64,000 nt of DNA, from NCBI GenBank assembly GCA_047601185.1, contig JASGJS010000001.1:1217305-1281304 (forward strand). Direction: 5' to 3'. Of this stretch, positions 19,031 to 28,862 are shown one piece after another (the stretch's first letter is position 1; each line of letters starts with the position of its first letter). This stretch comes from Gammaproteobacteria bacterium (lineage in GTDB: Bacteria; Pseudomonadota; Gammaproteobacteria; JAURND01). The position numbers and the translations under genes were made by a program. Under the pieces are notes generated by a model. It searched no databases and was not told the DNA's origin. It worked only from the letters and a program-made list of their open reading frames with translations.

Positions 19031-22000
19031 TTATAATTTCCCCGGGCACCGAAACTCATCCAACAAATGCGGTATAAACGGATTCAGCGGTGTTTCAGAG
19101 AAGAGTTGATAAGGGACAGACACACCATCCACATTAAACGTTAAAATATACAGCTGTGAGTTGCGAGTGGTGGTTAAAACCCCATGCGAGATTAATTTAA
19201 ATAATGACCAAGGTCCTGATTCTTGCCAGAATACGCTGTTTTGTGAATTATTTTGTAAAGATAAACTGGCGAACTGACTTCGACCATCCCAAACCAACGA
19301 TTTTGCTTGTCGTAAATTTCTCAGATAACTGATTTGGGTATTATCTAAAGTAAACATAAAATCATTCCCCATTAAGGCCATCGAAAGAGGCGTTAAAGTG
19401 AATTTGCTTGCTAAGATTTTATGATCTGCAAAATACATTTTCCGAATGATATTGGCGCGATCAAGCATATCTAAAGTGGCTTGTGGAACATCTAAACTTA
19501 AGCCATCTTGGGTTTTCCACTGCCAATACAGCTGGGTATTATCAACAAAAGCCGCTAAATATTTTTGGGTAAAATGATCCATCACTCCGCCAGGACCAAA
19601 GAAATGGTTGAACTGGGTGATATCCATTTCTGTATTGCCGCCCGCGAAAACAGGATAGTGGTTGTTCACCTGTTCGTTATATACAGGCAACACTTCAGTA
19701 ATCCAGATTAAATTTAAATGGTTGCGAGCGGTATGCAGTAGAGTTTGCCACGTGTTTAAGGCGAGTTCGGTTAACCAGGCGTTTAAAGGTGTGGGAGCAG
19801 ACTGAGCATTGAGCAATAATTGCGATAAAGGATCGCCGTTAGCATTGTTCATTCGATTTTGCGCGGCTTGGAGTGCAGCAGCGCCAGGGTCATCTGCTTG
19901 TAAAATGTTATTTAAATATCCTTTGAGCGCTGCAAAATTTGGGGGTTGATTTAACACGGTTTCCAAATTGCCAAAGGTTAACAATACCGATTCCGCTTGC
20001 GGCATTTTGGCGATGGGTTCAAGATTCACAGCGGCTTGTTGCAATAAATGGGTAAACGGCGAATGGCTGGCATTCCAATTATCCACAAAAGTTTGAGCCT
20101 GCATCAAATTGTGAAATGAATTGATGCGAATATTTTGTAACTGATTTTGCCAGAAATCGGCGTAGCGTTGCACATATAATAATTGCACATTGTCGACCAA
20201 TTGCTGACTTAAAGCACCGGCTAAATTCTCTGGCAGTTTTAAATTAAAGACCCAATTATCTCCCGCGACCAATCGTTGCACTAGTGAGGGGATGACTTTT
20301 TGATATACTAAATCAAAATTGTGCGCGCTGTATAATTGCTTATCGGTGACCGCAAAGGGAAATACGGAATTTTCATCAGAAGTCATCCTTAACTTGGTAT
20401 CAGGATAACGTTCTAACAGAGTAATATAAGTCAACTCAGAAAGCGGTAAACTATTTAACCGCTGTTGTGCCAGCGTAATAATCTCTGGATTGGCAATAAA
20501 TTTAAACGATTTGAGTTGGAGCCAATAATCCAAATGAATATCGAGTTGTTTTTGTGCTTTACCATTCGCTCCGAACGCGGAGGCCCAATTATTCGCAAAC
20601 CAATGCTCCACAAAAATGCGATCAAAGCGCTGCGGATCTTGTAACATGAGATACACTTTTAGCGTATCAAAATAATCTTTGGCATTGAGATGATTAGTGG
20701 CTTGTAATTTATTTTCTAATAATTGGGTAATGATAGGCAAAAATTCGGTCGAAAGCGCTTGATTATAGCTGGTTTCTAGACTGGTTTTTAATGCGCGATT
20801 TTGACTAAAAACGAAAGAAAGCAATAGGCCAGTTTGTTGATTGGTGACATTATAGGCTCTACGCAGGGTATTTAAACTCGGCAGTACCGCAGACAAATTG
20901 GTTTTATGGGCAGGAGGTTGGTAGGCTGCCATGATTTGTTTCACTTGATTCATGGTCGCTTGATTATAATAATAACTGGGAATCATCAATAACGTGGCCA
21001 ACGCCATAAACCCACCCAATCCCCAATAAAAATATTTATTTTTCCAATTGAGCCAGCTGGGTAATGTGACTGGTTGATGCATTTTTTGGTGAATGATTTG
21101 TTGTAACAGCTGTCGAATAAAAAATGCTCTTTGTTGCGGTGCTTGTTCAATGTTTTGAATAGAGGGTAAATCGAAAGTATAGAGTAAAGAGGTGAGACTA
21201 TTGCTACTTTTGCCGTCTTGTAAACTGCTGGTAAAGTAGAGTCCTGTGACATTGGCTTTAGAACTTTGTAATTGTATCGCTAAGTGAATAATATCTCGCT
21301 TTAATGCTTCAAGCTGTAAAGGGAAATCTTTAATTCGCGCGCGTTTTTCAATATTATGTTCACTGTGTAAACGGGGAATGAGCTGATCATTTAAGCGGCG
21401 TAAGAAATCATTAAATTTTTCATCGAGCAGGGTCGGTAAATTTTGTTGTAAGAGTCCAACAGGCAAGGTAATGCCAAAAGGTTGCTGACAATCCTCTGGG
21501 CTTAAATTATGAAAAGAATCCGTGAATCCTACAATTTGATCGCATTTGGTAAAGATAATATAAACCGGTAATCGCTTCAGATATTTGGTGATGGTTTGAA
21601 TGCGGTGACGCAACATATCAATGTGTAATTGCTTTTGGCCGCGATTTTTTTGCATGAATTGTTGTAAATCAATGCAAATCATCAACCCATCTAAAAATTT
21701 TCGACTGCCATAACGGTTCAATAACGCAATAAACTTTTGCCAAATATAATGTGAATCATTTTTGGGATCTTCGGGCAACATTAAATGTCCCGCAGTATCC
21801 AAAAACACCGTATCTTGATTAAACCACCAATCGCAATAGGGTGTAGGGTGGGGATAGGTTAATGCAGTATGATCGGTTGTCACCAACGCTTGTTCACTTT
21901 TGGCTAATAGAGCCGTTTTGCCCACGTGTTCTCCGCCCAGCATCAAATACCAAGGTAAATGTGGTGACCAAACATTCCGTTTAGAAAAATGTTTTTTTAA

Positions 22001-22132
22001 AAATTTAACGGCCTCTTGAATGCTTTGTTCTATTACGCTGATTTTGGCTTGCGCACATTCTATCCGCCAATCATAGGTGACAGGAGGCGCAGCCGGAGTG
22101 CTTTTGGGTTTGGTAAGCGTGCGGATTTTCAT
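19031..22132 (-). CDS. icmF: IcmF/TssM-family secretion-system inner-membrane protein (type IVB IcmF-like)
   Basis: 1033 aa. N-terminal Walker A LMLGGEHVGKTALL, hydrophobic helix near residue 370, large downstream domain. Immediately preceded by a TssL/DotU-like gene with a 4-nt overlap. Family call needs HMM confirmation. Confidence 0.55.
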   Translation of the reverse strand: MKIRTLTKPKSTPAAPPVTYDWRIECAQAKISVIEQSIQEAVKFLKKHFSKRNVWSPHLPWYLMLGGEHVGKTALLAKSEQALVTTDHTALTYPHPTPYCDWWFNQDTVFLDTAGHLMLPEDPKNDSHYIWQKFIALLNRYGSRKFLDGLMICIDLQQFMQKNRGQKQLHIDMLRHRIQTITKYLKRLPVYIIFTKCDQIVGFTDSFHNLSPEDCQQPFGITLPVGLLQQNLPTLLDEKFNDFLRRLNDQLIPRLHSEHNIEKRARIKDFPLQLEALKRDIIHLAIQLQSSKANVTGLYFTSSLQDGKSSNSLTSLLYTFDLPSIQNIEQAPQQRAFFIRQLLQQIIHQKMHQPVTLPSWLNWKNKYFYWGLGGFMALATLLMIPSYYYNQATMNQVKQIMAAYQPPAHKTNLSAVLPSLNTLRRAYNVTNQQTGLLLSFVFSQNRALKTSLETSYNQALSTEFLPIITQLLENKLQATNHLNAKDYFDTLKVYLMLQDPQRFDRIFVEHWFANNWASAFGANGKAQKQLDIHLDYWLQLKSFKFIANPEIITLAQQRLNSLPLSELTYITLLERYPDTKLRMTSDENSVFPFAVTDKQLYSAHNFDLVYQKVIPSLVQRLVAGDNWVFNLKLPENLAGALSQQLVDNVQLLYVQRYADFWQNQLQNIRINSFHNLMQAQTFVDNWNASHSPFTHLLQQAAVNLEPIAKMPQAESVLLTFGNLETVLNQPPNFAALKGYLNNILQADDPGAAALQAAQNRMNNANGDPLSQLLLNAQSAPTPLNAWLTELALNTWQTLLHTARNHLNLIWITEVLPVYNEQVNNHYPVFAGGNTEMDITQFNHFFGPGGVMDHFTQKYLAAFVDNTQLYWQWKTQDGLSLDVPQATLDMLDRANIIRKMYFADHKILASKFTLTPLSMALMGNDFMFTLDNTQISYLRNLRQAKSLVWDGRSQFASLSLQNNSQNSVFWQESGPWSLFKLISHGVLTTTRNSQLYILTFNVDGVSVPYQLFSETPLNPFIPHLLDEFRCPGKL

Positions 22133-22941
22133 GCGTTGGCCTCAAGAGTAACGTCTGTCCAGGGCTGTATGCGATTCAACGTTTGGGTGAGTTGGTGATT
22201 GAGGAGGAAATAGCTGCTGATACAGGTGATCAATGAAACTGTGATGAATAAACTCTGTGTTAAGACCCGTGGTAGCCATCGTTCTGTTGTAACCACAGTC
22301 TGGCTTTTAATTTCTAACTGTTTAGAGATTTCGCCACGTTGGCGGAGAATCAAGTGATAAAGGGAATCTCGAATTTCTGCCAGTTGAATATAGCCACGCT
22401 CGAGATAACGATATTCTCCTTCAAATCCTAAACTTAAACACAGATAACACAATTCGAGTAAATCAATATACTGCTCTGCATCCTGCATACAATGGGTCAA
22501 AATCGCAAAAAAAGAGGCATTTTCTGGTAATTCCAGCAATCTTGAGTGAGCTAATAAAAACTCCTGCCAGTAACTGTCCTTGCCCCAACGGGTGCTGAGC
22601 ACCATCTCATCCGCCCATAAACATAAAATGGTTTGAGCGGCAATAATAAACGGGGATTTATAAGTGTGATGTTGCGCTTGGTTTTCAAAGGCTTTAATCT
22701 CATGGATTAAATTTTCTCTTAAGCGCGCTAAATCGGGTTGTTGCGACAATAATTGAAATTTTTCAACCAAAAAAAATATCGGGGCCGCCGCCGCGATTAA
22801 AGGATTGATCCCGATTTGACTCACAAATGCCTTAGAGCGATAATAAGGCTGGAGCTTGGCGGGCAGTTGGCTCTGCATTCGGGATTCACCCAAATCTAAC
22901 CAGCTTTGTTGTTGAGGTAATTTAATTTCCATATGGTCCAA
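22129..22941 (-). CDS. dotU: DotU/TssL-family protein (IcmH-like), C-terminally membrane-anchored
   Basis: About 270 aa with a single C-terminal TM helix LFITVSLITCISSYFLL, the same size and topology as DotU/TssL. Translationally coupled to the icmF-like gene. The start may be an internal Met because hemW begins 20 bp away on the other strand. Confidence 0.5.
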   Translation of the reverse strand: MDHMEIKLPQQQSWLDLGESRMQSQLPAKLQPYYRSKAFVSQIGINPLIAAAAPIFFLVEKFQLLSQQPDLARLRENLIHEIKAFENQAQHHTYKSPFIIAAQTILCLWADEMVLSTRWGKDSYWQEFLLAHSRLLELPENASFFAILTHCMQDAEQYIDLLELCYLCLSLGFEGEYRYLERGYIQLAEIRDSLYHLILRQRGEISKQLEIKSQTVVTTERWLPRVLTQSLFITVSLITCISSYFLLNHQLTQTLNRIQPWTDVTLEANA

Positions 22942-22961
22942 ATATCAGTTAGGCCCTACAC

Positions 22962-24104
22962 GTGATACCACTCTCTCTCTACGTTCATTTCCCCTGGTGC
23001 GTTAAAAAATGTCCTTATTGCGATTTTAACTCACATACCTTAAGGCAAGATTTACCCGAAGCAACTTATATTGAGGCCTTATTTAACGATCTTCGGTTAG
23101 ATTTAGAGAGATTTTCGCTCAATCGCCCTAAAATTCAAAGCATTTTTTTGGGGGGAGGAACGCCCAGCCTATTTTCGCCTCAAGCATTGGCGCAATTATT
23201 GTCAGGATTATCCCAGCAATTGGATTTTACCGAGGACATAGAAATTACCCTGGAAGCTAATCCTGGCACGGTCGAGCAAAGCCGATTTGTCGGTTATAAG
23301 GCAGCGGGGATTAACCGTATTTCATTGGGCATTCAAAGTTTCCAGCCAGAAAAATTAACCGCACTGGGGCGAATTCATTCTGGCGCAGAGGCGACAGCGG
23401 CCATTCAAGCCGCTCAACGCGCAGGTTTCGACAATATCAATGTCGATTTGATGTATGGATTGCCGGACCAATCTACCACGGATGCCCTATACGATCTCAA
23501 AACCGCGATAGCCTGCGAAATTGCGCATCTGTCCTGGTATCAGCTCACCTTAGAACCGAACACCTTGTTTCATCACCGCCCCCCTGATCGCTTACCGTCA
23601 TCAGATCTACTCTGGGACATTCAAGAAGCTGGCCTAGCCTGCCTCGAACAAGCAGGATTTACGCCCTATGAAATTTCAGCTTACACGCAGCGCCAGGCTT
23701 TTAGACCCTCGCGCCATAATTTAAATTATTGGCAATTCGGAGATTATTTAGGAATTGGAGCAGGGGCACATGGCAAACTAACCCAACAAGGCAGCATTTG
23801 GCGCTACTGGAAAACCCGCCACCCGCAAGATTATTTAAATCCAGCTCGATCTTTTATGGGCGAAGCCAAGATTTTAGCTCAGGAAGAGATCCCCTTTGAA
23901 TTTATGTTGAACCATTTGCGGCTTTACCAACCGCTCGCCATCGAACTGTTTCAACAGCGCTGTGGCATCCAGATTGAACACATTCAGCCCATGCTCAATG
24001 CGGCAAAATGTAAAATGTTATTGGATTGGGATGAACAATTTATTTATACTACGGAATTGGGTAAACGTCATTTGAATGATTTAATGGGTATGTTTTTAGT
24101 TTAA
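22962..24104 (+). CDS. hemW: Radical-SAM heme chaperone HemW (coproporphyrinogen III oxidase-like)
   Basis: PLSLYVHFPWCVKKCPYCDFNSH (CxxxCxxC) near-identical to the E. coli HemW N-terminus. 380 aa. Confidence 0.9.
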   Translation: MIPLSLYVHFPWCVKKCPYCDFNSHTLRQDLPEATYIEALFNDLRLDLERFSLNRPKIQSIFLGGGTPSLFSPQALAQLLSGLSQQLDFTEDIEITLEANPGTVEQSRFVGYKAAGINRISLGIQSFQPEKLTALGRIHSGAEATAAIQAAQRAGFDNINVDLMYGLPDQSTTDALYDLKTAIACEIAHLSWYQLTLEPNTLFHHRPPDRLPSSDLLWDIQEAGLACLEQAGFTPYEISAYTQRQAFRPSRHNLNYWQFGDYLGIGAGAHGKLTQQGSIWRYWKTRHPQDYLNPARSFMGEAKILAQEEIPFEFMLNHLRLYQPLAIELFQQRCGIQIEHIQPMLNAAKCKMLLDWDEQFIYTTELGKRHLNDLMGMFLV

Positions 24105-24119
24105 TCAGCGAGGTTAGGT

Positions 24120-24446
24120 ATGGCACAAAATTTCACAGAAACTTTAATAGAAGAAAACCCAGAAAATGAAAGAAAAGCATGTAATGTAAGAGAAAATTTT
24201 GCTAGCTTGGGTCAAGGTTTAGGAGGGCTAGGGGGTGCAGCAGGCGCGGTATACGGAGCCTATGCAGTGGTGTTTACAGCAATGGGCCCATCTATTGAGG
24301 CTGGTATTGTTGGTTTGGTAGTGCTGGGCTTTGGTCTATCTGCTGCGAAATGGATTGCAGCGCCCATTGGCCGGTCGGTAGGCGATAAAATAGGTCAGGG
24401 TCTCGAAGCGATCGGAGAGTGTGTTTCTCCTTCTCTGAGCCGATAG
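24120..24446 (+). CDS. Gly/Ala-rich small hypothetical membrane protein
   Basis: 108-aa ORF with GLGGLGGAAGAVYGAYAVVF and a hydrophobic core. GAGG RBS upstream. No homology recognised. Confidence 0.35.
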   Translation: MAQNFTETLIEENPENERKACNVRENFASLGQGLGGLGGAAGAVYGAYAVVFTAMGPSIEAGIVGLVVLGFGLSAAKWIAAPIGRSVGDKIGQGLEAIGECVSPSLSR

Positions 24447-24493
24447 GCATAAAAATTAGTGAAAAAATCGTACTTTGAATTTGCACGATTACC

Positions 24494-24765
24494 CTACCTC
24501 GACGTCCCGCCTACTTAATAGCGGGATCTCATGGGTGTACTTCTGAAGCCTTTACTTCCAATGGCGGTGAACTAAGAGGAAACACTTAAAAGTTCGGTGT
24601 GGTTCCTTCTCCCCTTTTTTTGTGGGAGAAGGTGCCGATAGGCGGATGAGGGGGCCATACAGGCTTTTGATTGAAGCCTTTTTTACCCCTCATCCGGCCT
24701 ATTCGGCCACCTTCTCCCACAAGGGGAGAAGGAAACAGCTCGCCACTTTAAGCTTCATCGTGTCA
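24494..24765. repeat. Composite of two mosaic REP-like units in opposite orientations with an internal rho-independent-terminator-like hairpin
   Basis: Contains CCTCGACGTC, a 24541-24600 arm, and hairpin cores at 24605-24632 and 24711-24733. AGGCTTttgattgAAGCCT+TTTTTT lies at 24661-24690. Confidence 0.7.
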
Positions 24766-24778
24766 CCCAGCACGTTAA

Positions 24779-25267
24779 TTATCCAATTCGCACGACCGTT
24801 TGCTGTAATCTTAATTCCTGAATGAGACCTTCAAGGCTCTCGACGCCTGGAAGTTGGACCGTCGGCGCAATTTCTAGTAAAGGAATTAGCACAAAATTGC
24901 GTTTTTTTAATCGGGGATGAGGTAAGATGAGTTCTGAAGTATTGGTTTGTATCTGATCAAACAGCAATAAGTCTAAATCAATGAGGCGAGGTTGGTTTTT
25001 CACTCCATTGCGTTCACGCCCTAATTGGGTTTCTAGAATTTGTAGTTGTGAGAAGAAAGTTGAGACTGTCAGGGAAGTTTCAACAGCAGCCACAGCATTG
25101 ATAAAATCGGGCTGAGGCGCTGCACATTCTAACGGTTCGGTTCGGTAGAGACTGGAAACAGCACGAACTTGCGAATGCGGTAAGTTACCCAGCGCCGCTA
25201 AAGCCAAGCGAATTTGCTCAGCAGGGTTTTGTAAGTTGCTGCCCAGTCCAATATACGCGATAGCCAT
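24779..25267 (-). CDS. folK: 2-amino-4-hydroxy-6-hydroxymethyldihydropteridine pyrophosphokinase (HPPK)
   Basis: AYIGLGSNL...VSSLYRTEPL...RLIDLDLLLF...LPHPRLKKRNFVLIPLLEIAP, a close match to E. coli FolK. Confidence 0.9.
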   Translation of the reverse strand: MAIAYIGLGSNLQNPAEQIRLALAALGNLPHSQVRAVSSLYRTEPLECAAPQPDFINAVAAVETSLTVSTFFSQLQILETQLGRERNGVKNQPRLIDLDLLLFDQIQTNTSELILPHPRLKKRNFVLIPLLEIAPTVQLPGVESLEGLIQELRLQQTVVRIG

Positions 25268-25698
25268 TAATTTGCATACCCCTTCTCAACCCCACCACCA
25301 GAGCTTCGCCAAGTCACAGCGTTGTCACCCTCTCCAGGCGGTTGGGGCGTGAGAATATAGGTATCCTGCGAGGTAATGCCTTTCAGAGTATTCGGTGTTA
25401 CCGTAATGACCCCATTTTTAACCGTTAAAGTAGCCACTAAACCGGAACCTGTGGTAATCCCAGTTGGAATCTCATTGCTGCCATCGTTACAGTTCATAAA
25501 ATCCCCTAGATCATTATAACAACTCATGACGCCGACTTTATAGGGCGCAGCTTGATTGACAACTTCAGTATAATTGGCTTTTTTGGTATAATTTAAATAG
25601 TTTGGGATGGCAATGGCAGCTAAAATCCCAATGATGACAATGGTGATCATCAACTCTAATAAGGTAAAGCCTTGTTGGTAGTTAGTGGTGCGTTTCAT
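25267..25698 (-). CDS. Type IV pilin (PilA-like prepilin)
   Basis: MKRTTNYQQG|FTLLELMITIVIIGILAAIAIP: class III leader, cleavage site G|F, Glu5. The start is taken at the internal Met (25698) rather than the track start at 25734. Confidence 0.8.
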   Translation of the reverse strand: MKRTTNYQQGFTLLELMITIVIIGILAAIAIPNYLNYTKKANYTEVVNQAAPYKVGVMSCYNDLGDFMNCNDGSNEIPTGITTGSGLVATLTVKNGVITVTPNTLKGITSQDTYILTPQPPGEGDNAVTWRSSGGGVEKGYAN

Positions 25699-25748
25699 AA
25701 GAAACAGTATAGAAAATTTGTTTTTCCCACTCAATACCGTAATTTCTC

Positions 25749-26900
25749 ATGGCTCAGCATTCAGTATATTTAGATTATATGGCGACCACTCCAGTAGATC
25801 CTCGGGTGGCGGAGCAGATGGCCAATTGCTTAACGGCAGCAGACTGTTTTGGGAATCCTGCTTCGCGCAGTCACCGTTATGGTTGGCAAGCTGCAGAAAA
25901 GGTTGAACTCGCGCGCGAAACCGTGGCAGCGTTGATTCACGCCCATCCTGAAGAAATCATTTGGACCTCTGGCGGTACAGAAGCCAATAATCTGGCTATC
26001 CAAGGTGCCGCGCATTTTTATCAACGTCAAGGTAAACACATTGTTACCGTGCAAACCGAACATAAAGCCGTCTTAGATGTTTGTAAATTCCTAGAACAAG
26101 AAGGGTTTGAGGTTACGTATTTAAAGCCCCTGCCCAATGGCTTAGTCGATTTATCTGCTTTAAAACAAGCATTACGCTCCGATACTTTACTCGTTTCCGT
26201 GATGCATGTGAATAATGAAATCGGCGTGATTCAGGATATTGCTGCGATTGGGGCCATTACGCGCGCCGCGGGCGTATTATTGCATGTCGATGCGGTACAA
26301 AGCGTCGGCAAACTGCCCATCAATGTCCAACAGATGTCGATAGACTTGTTATCACTTTCCGCGCATAAAGTCTACGGCCCCAAAGGCATTGGCGCTTTAT
26401 ATGTTCGCCAAAAACCGCGCATTCACTTGCAACCTTTAATCGTAGGCGGAGGGCAAGAACGCGGATTACGCTCTGGCACTTTGCCGACGCATCAAATTGT
26501 GGGGATGGCGGAGGCATTGACTTTAGCCAATGCAGAAATGGCGACAGAAACGCAGCGATTATTGGCATTGCGAGAGTTGTTGTGGGCAGGGCTTGCGGCT
26601 TTAGGGGATTGTGTGATCAATGGGGATAGGCAACAGCGATGGGCGGGGAATCTCAATGTGAGTTTTATAGGGGTTGATGCGGGGGCTTTATTACAAGCCT
26701 TACCTGATATTGCGCTGTCAGCCGGTTCGGCGTGCACTTCGGGTCAGTTGAGTCCTTCACATGTGTTGTTAGCGCTGGGTTTGCCGGAATCTAGAGTGAG
26801 GAGCGCTATTCGATTTTCACTGGGGCGGTATACTACTGAAGCTGAGATTCAGTATGTGGTTGAAAGGGTGGGTGAGGCTGTAGGACAATTGAGATCGTGA
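25749..26900 (+). CDS. Cysteine desulfurase (IscS/NifS class, PLP-dependent)
   Basis: [20 protein letters not shown]-lysine motif and [11 protein letters not shown]. Active-site Cys loop SAGSACTSG. Confidence 0.9.
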   Translation: MAQHSVYLDYMATTPVDPRVAEQMANCLTAADCFGNPASRSHRYGWQAAEKVELARETVAALIHAHPEEIIWTSGGTEANNLAIQGAAHFYQRQGKHIVTVQTEHKAVLDVCKFLEQEGFEVTYLKPLPNGLVDLSALKQALRSDTLLVSVMHVNNEIGVIQDIAAIGAITRAAGVLLHVDAVQSVGKLPINVQQMSIDLLSLSAHKVYGPKGIGALYVRQKPRIHLQPLIVGGGQERGLRSGTLPTHQIVGMAEALTLANAEMATETQRLLALRELLWAGLAALGDCVINGDRQQRWAGNLNVSFIGVDAGALLQALPDIALSAGSACTSGQLSPSHVLLALGLPESRVRSAIRFSLGRYTTEAEIQYVVERVGEAVGQLRS

Positions 26901-26908
26901 TATGAGTT

Positions 26909-26960
26909 TTCCCCCTCATCCGCCTATCGGCACCTTCTCCCACGGAGGGGAGAAGGCCCC
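26909..26960. repeat. Mosaic REP-like unit (CCCCTCATCCGCCTATCGGCACCTTCTCCCacggaGGGGAGAAGG)
   Basis: Same left-arm plus hairpin core as 3011-3060 and 49924-49975. Confidence 0.7.
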
Positions 26961-27050
26961 ACATCAAGCTTCAAGCGTTTCTCAAGCTTCAAACATTCTC
27001 AAGCTTCAAGCGTTTCTCAAACCTCAAGCATTTCTAAGCGCTTAGCTGCG
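26961..27050. repeat. Short degenerate tandem repeats (~17-18 bp, CAAGCTTCAAGCGTTTCT x4-5)
   Basis: Read directly: caagcttcaagcgtttct / caagcttcaaacattct / caagcttcaagcgtttct / caaacctcaagcatttct. Confidence 0.6.
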
Positions 27051-27442
27051 CTTAAAAGCTTTAGATTTTAGATTGGAAGCCCCTCAATGCTTGACGATAG
27101 CATAAACTTGAATGAGGCTCGAGCCTGGGAGCGCGGGCAGCTTGCCCGCTTAAAAGCTTTAGATTTTAGATTGGAAGCCCTTCAATGTTTGACGACAGCA
27201 TAAACTTGAATGAGGCTCGAGCCTGGGAGCGCGGGCAGCTTGCCCGCTTAAAAGCTTTAGATTTTAGATTGGAAGCCCCTCAATGCTTGACGATAGCATA
27301 AACTTGAATGAGGCTCGAGCTTGGGAGCGCGGGCAGCTTGCCCGCTTAAAAGCTTTAGATTTTAGATTGGAAGCCCTTCAATGTTTGACGACAGCATAAA
27401 CTTGAATGAGGCTCGAGCCTGGGAGCGCGGGCAGCTTGCCCG
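27051..27442. repeat. Tandem array of four 98-bp units (A-B-A-B variants, a duplicated 196-bp unit)
   Basis: Unit cttaaaagctttagattttagattggaagccc(c/t)tcaatg(c/t)ttgacga(t/c)agcataaacttgaatgaggctcgagcctgggagcgcgggcagcttgcccg. Copies 1 and 3 and copies 2 and 4 differ at 3 positions. No ORF and no unique spacers. Confidence 0.85.
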
Positions 27443-27451
27443 CTAAAAAAA

Positions 27452-28636
27452 TCAAATCTTTTGTTTTGGCTCTAACTCTGGTAACTCATCTAAAGGATCA
27501 TGATTTAATGTAAATGAAGCAGAACTATCATCAATGCGAAGCTGCTTATCAAAAAAACTTATTTTTGAATCCGCAAGCAATGTAGATTCTGGGCTCAGTA
27601 AAGGAGGTTTGGAAGTACTTTTGGAGGCAGGATCTAAAAACATTTCGTTTACAGCCGCTCTTTCGTGTAGAGTCTGCTTCAAATCCTTAATAAAATCTTT
27701 ACCCGAATCAAAATCTATCCCCTTATATTCAGGTGCAAATCGAGCAATCAATGCGCGACATACCACCGGCTGAAAAGAAAATTGCTCTTCCCCACCCTGA
27801 TCTCCAAAAAAATTTTCATTTCCAAGAATTTGTGGGATAGAGGTAAAGCCTTTTGGGGCTGGGGTAGTCCGCAGTTGCGTTCTTAAATTCTCAGCACGTT
27901 TTTTACCTGAACTGGTGATTAAATCTGCGGTACGTGATTGATAGTTTGCTAAGTATTGTTTAGCGGCATCAATCAACAACTGTTTAAATTCAGCGAGTGG
28001 CATGGCTTCGAGGCCTTTCACAATTTTGTCTTTTATGATTTTATACTCTTCTTTATTGGCGCGCGCTGTTTTAGTTTCGTAAATTTCGGCCAATCTTTTT
28101 TGTGCAAGCGCATCACCTTGCTCAGCTGCCAGTTGATAATAATAGGCTGCTCGCTTGATATTTTTTTCGACAATTCGCCCTGAATGGTAATAAAGCCCTA
28201 CATTATATTGAGCCCTTGCAATACCTTGATTAGCGGCTAATGTATAAAGTCGTAAAGCTTCTTTGTCATCTTGTTTAACGCCTATCCCTGATTCATAGCA
28301 AACCCCTAAACGATTTTGCGCGCGCGCGTGATTTTGTTGTGCTGCTAATTGATAATAGCGTACGGCTTGTTCGAGATGCTGTCCTATACCAATGCCTTCT
28401 GCATAACAAAGACCTAAATTAAATAGGGCGGGTGCATACTTTTCTTTCGCTGCAGAAAAAAATTTCGAGATACAAAGGCTTTTTACAAGATGCTTACCGG
28501 GGGCGTTTAAGAGGTGGCATGCATAATCATTTTGTACTTTAGGATTACTACTATATTGATCTATTTTTTCCAAGGGGACAGTTAGATCATAATCAAAAGT
28601 GACAGGTGAGGAAGTGATTTTATGCTCAGTGCTCAT
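27452..28636 (-). CDS. Sel1-repeat protein with Glu-rich C-terminus, effector candidate
   Basis: Several Sel1 units (LG.CYE.G.G...). C-terminus HDPLDELPELEPKQKI. The start is taken at MSTEHK (28636). The track ORF reads on through a repeat copy to 28717. Confidence 0.8.
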   Translation of the reverse strand: MSTEHKITSSPVTFDYDLTVPLEKIDQYSSNPKVQNDYACHLLNAPGKHLVKSLCISKFFSAAKEKYAPALFNLGLCYAEGIGIGQHLEQAVRYYQLAAQQNHARAQNRLGVCYESGIGVKQDDKEALRLYTLAANQGIARAQYNVGLYYHSGRIVEKNIKRAAYYYQLAAEQGDALAQKRLAEIYETKTARANKEEYKIIKDKIVKGLEAMPLAEFKQLLIDAAKQYLANYQSRTADLITSSGKKRAENLRTQLRTTPAPKGFTSIPQILGNENFFGDQGGEEQFSFQPVVCRALIARFAPEYKGIDFDSGKDFIKDLKQTLHERAAVNEMFLDPASKSTSKPPLLSPESTLLADSKISFFDKQLRIDDSSASFTLNHDPLDELPELEPKQKI

Positions 28637-28664
28637 AACGATGCTCTCGTACAAGGATGTAAAG

Positions 28665-28845
28665 TTTTGCTTTTTAGCGGGCAAGCTGCCCGCGCTCCCA
28701 AGTCTTGCGCCATGCATGGTAAAGCGCTAAATGATAGTTTTGTGCTTTCTTAAGTTTTTGTACGAAAAAAACTTCAATGATTGACGATGGCTCTTAGCTC
28801 GAAAAGGCTCGAGTCTGGGAGCGCGGGCAGCTTGCCCGCTAAAAA
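28665..28845. repeat. Partial copies of the 98-bp unit: an inverted copy (28665-28710) and a direct degenerate copy (28775-28842)
   Basis: GGGAGCGCGGGCAGCTTGCCCGCTAAAAA appears on both sides of the Sel1 gene in opposite orientations. Confidence 0.7.
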
Positions 28846-28862
28846 ATCATAAATACTATTTT

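Noticed and set aside
27051..27442. Regular 98-bp repeats as a possible CRISPR array
   Set aside because: Units are contiguous with no unique spacers. They alternate only between two variants. This is a tandem duplication, not repeat-spacer architecture.
27425..27450. GCGGGCAgctTGCCCGC hairpin as terminator of the adjacent Sel1 gene
   Set aside because: It is followed by an A-run on the + strand and preceded by the T-run on the - strand. Neither orientation gives hairpin plus U-tract.
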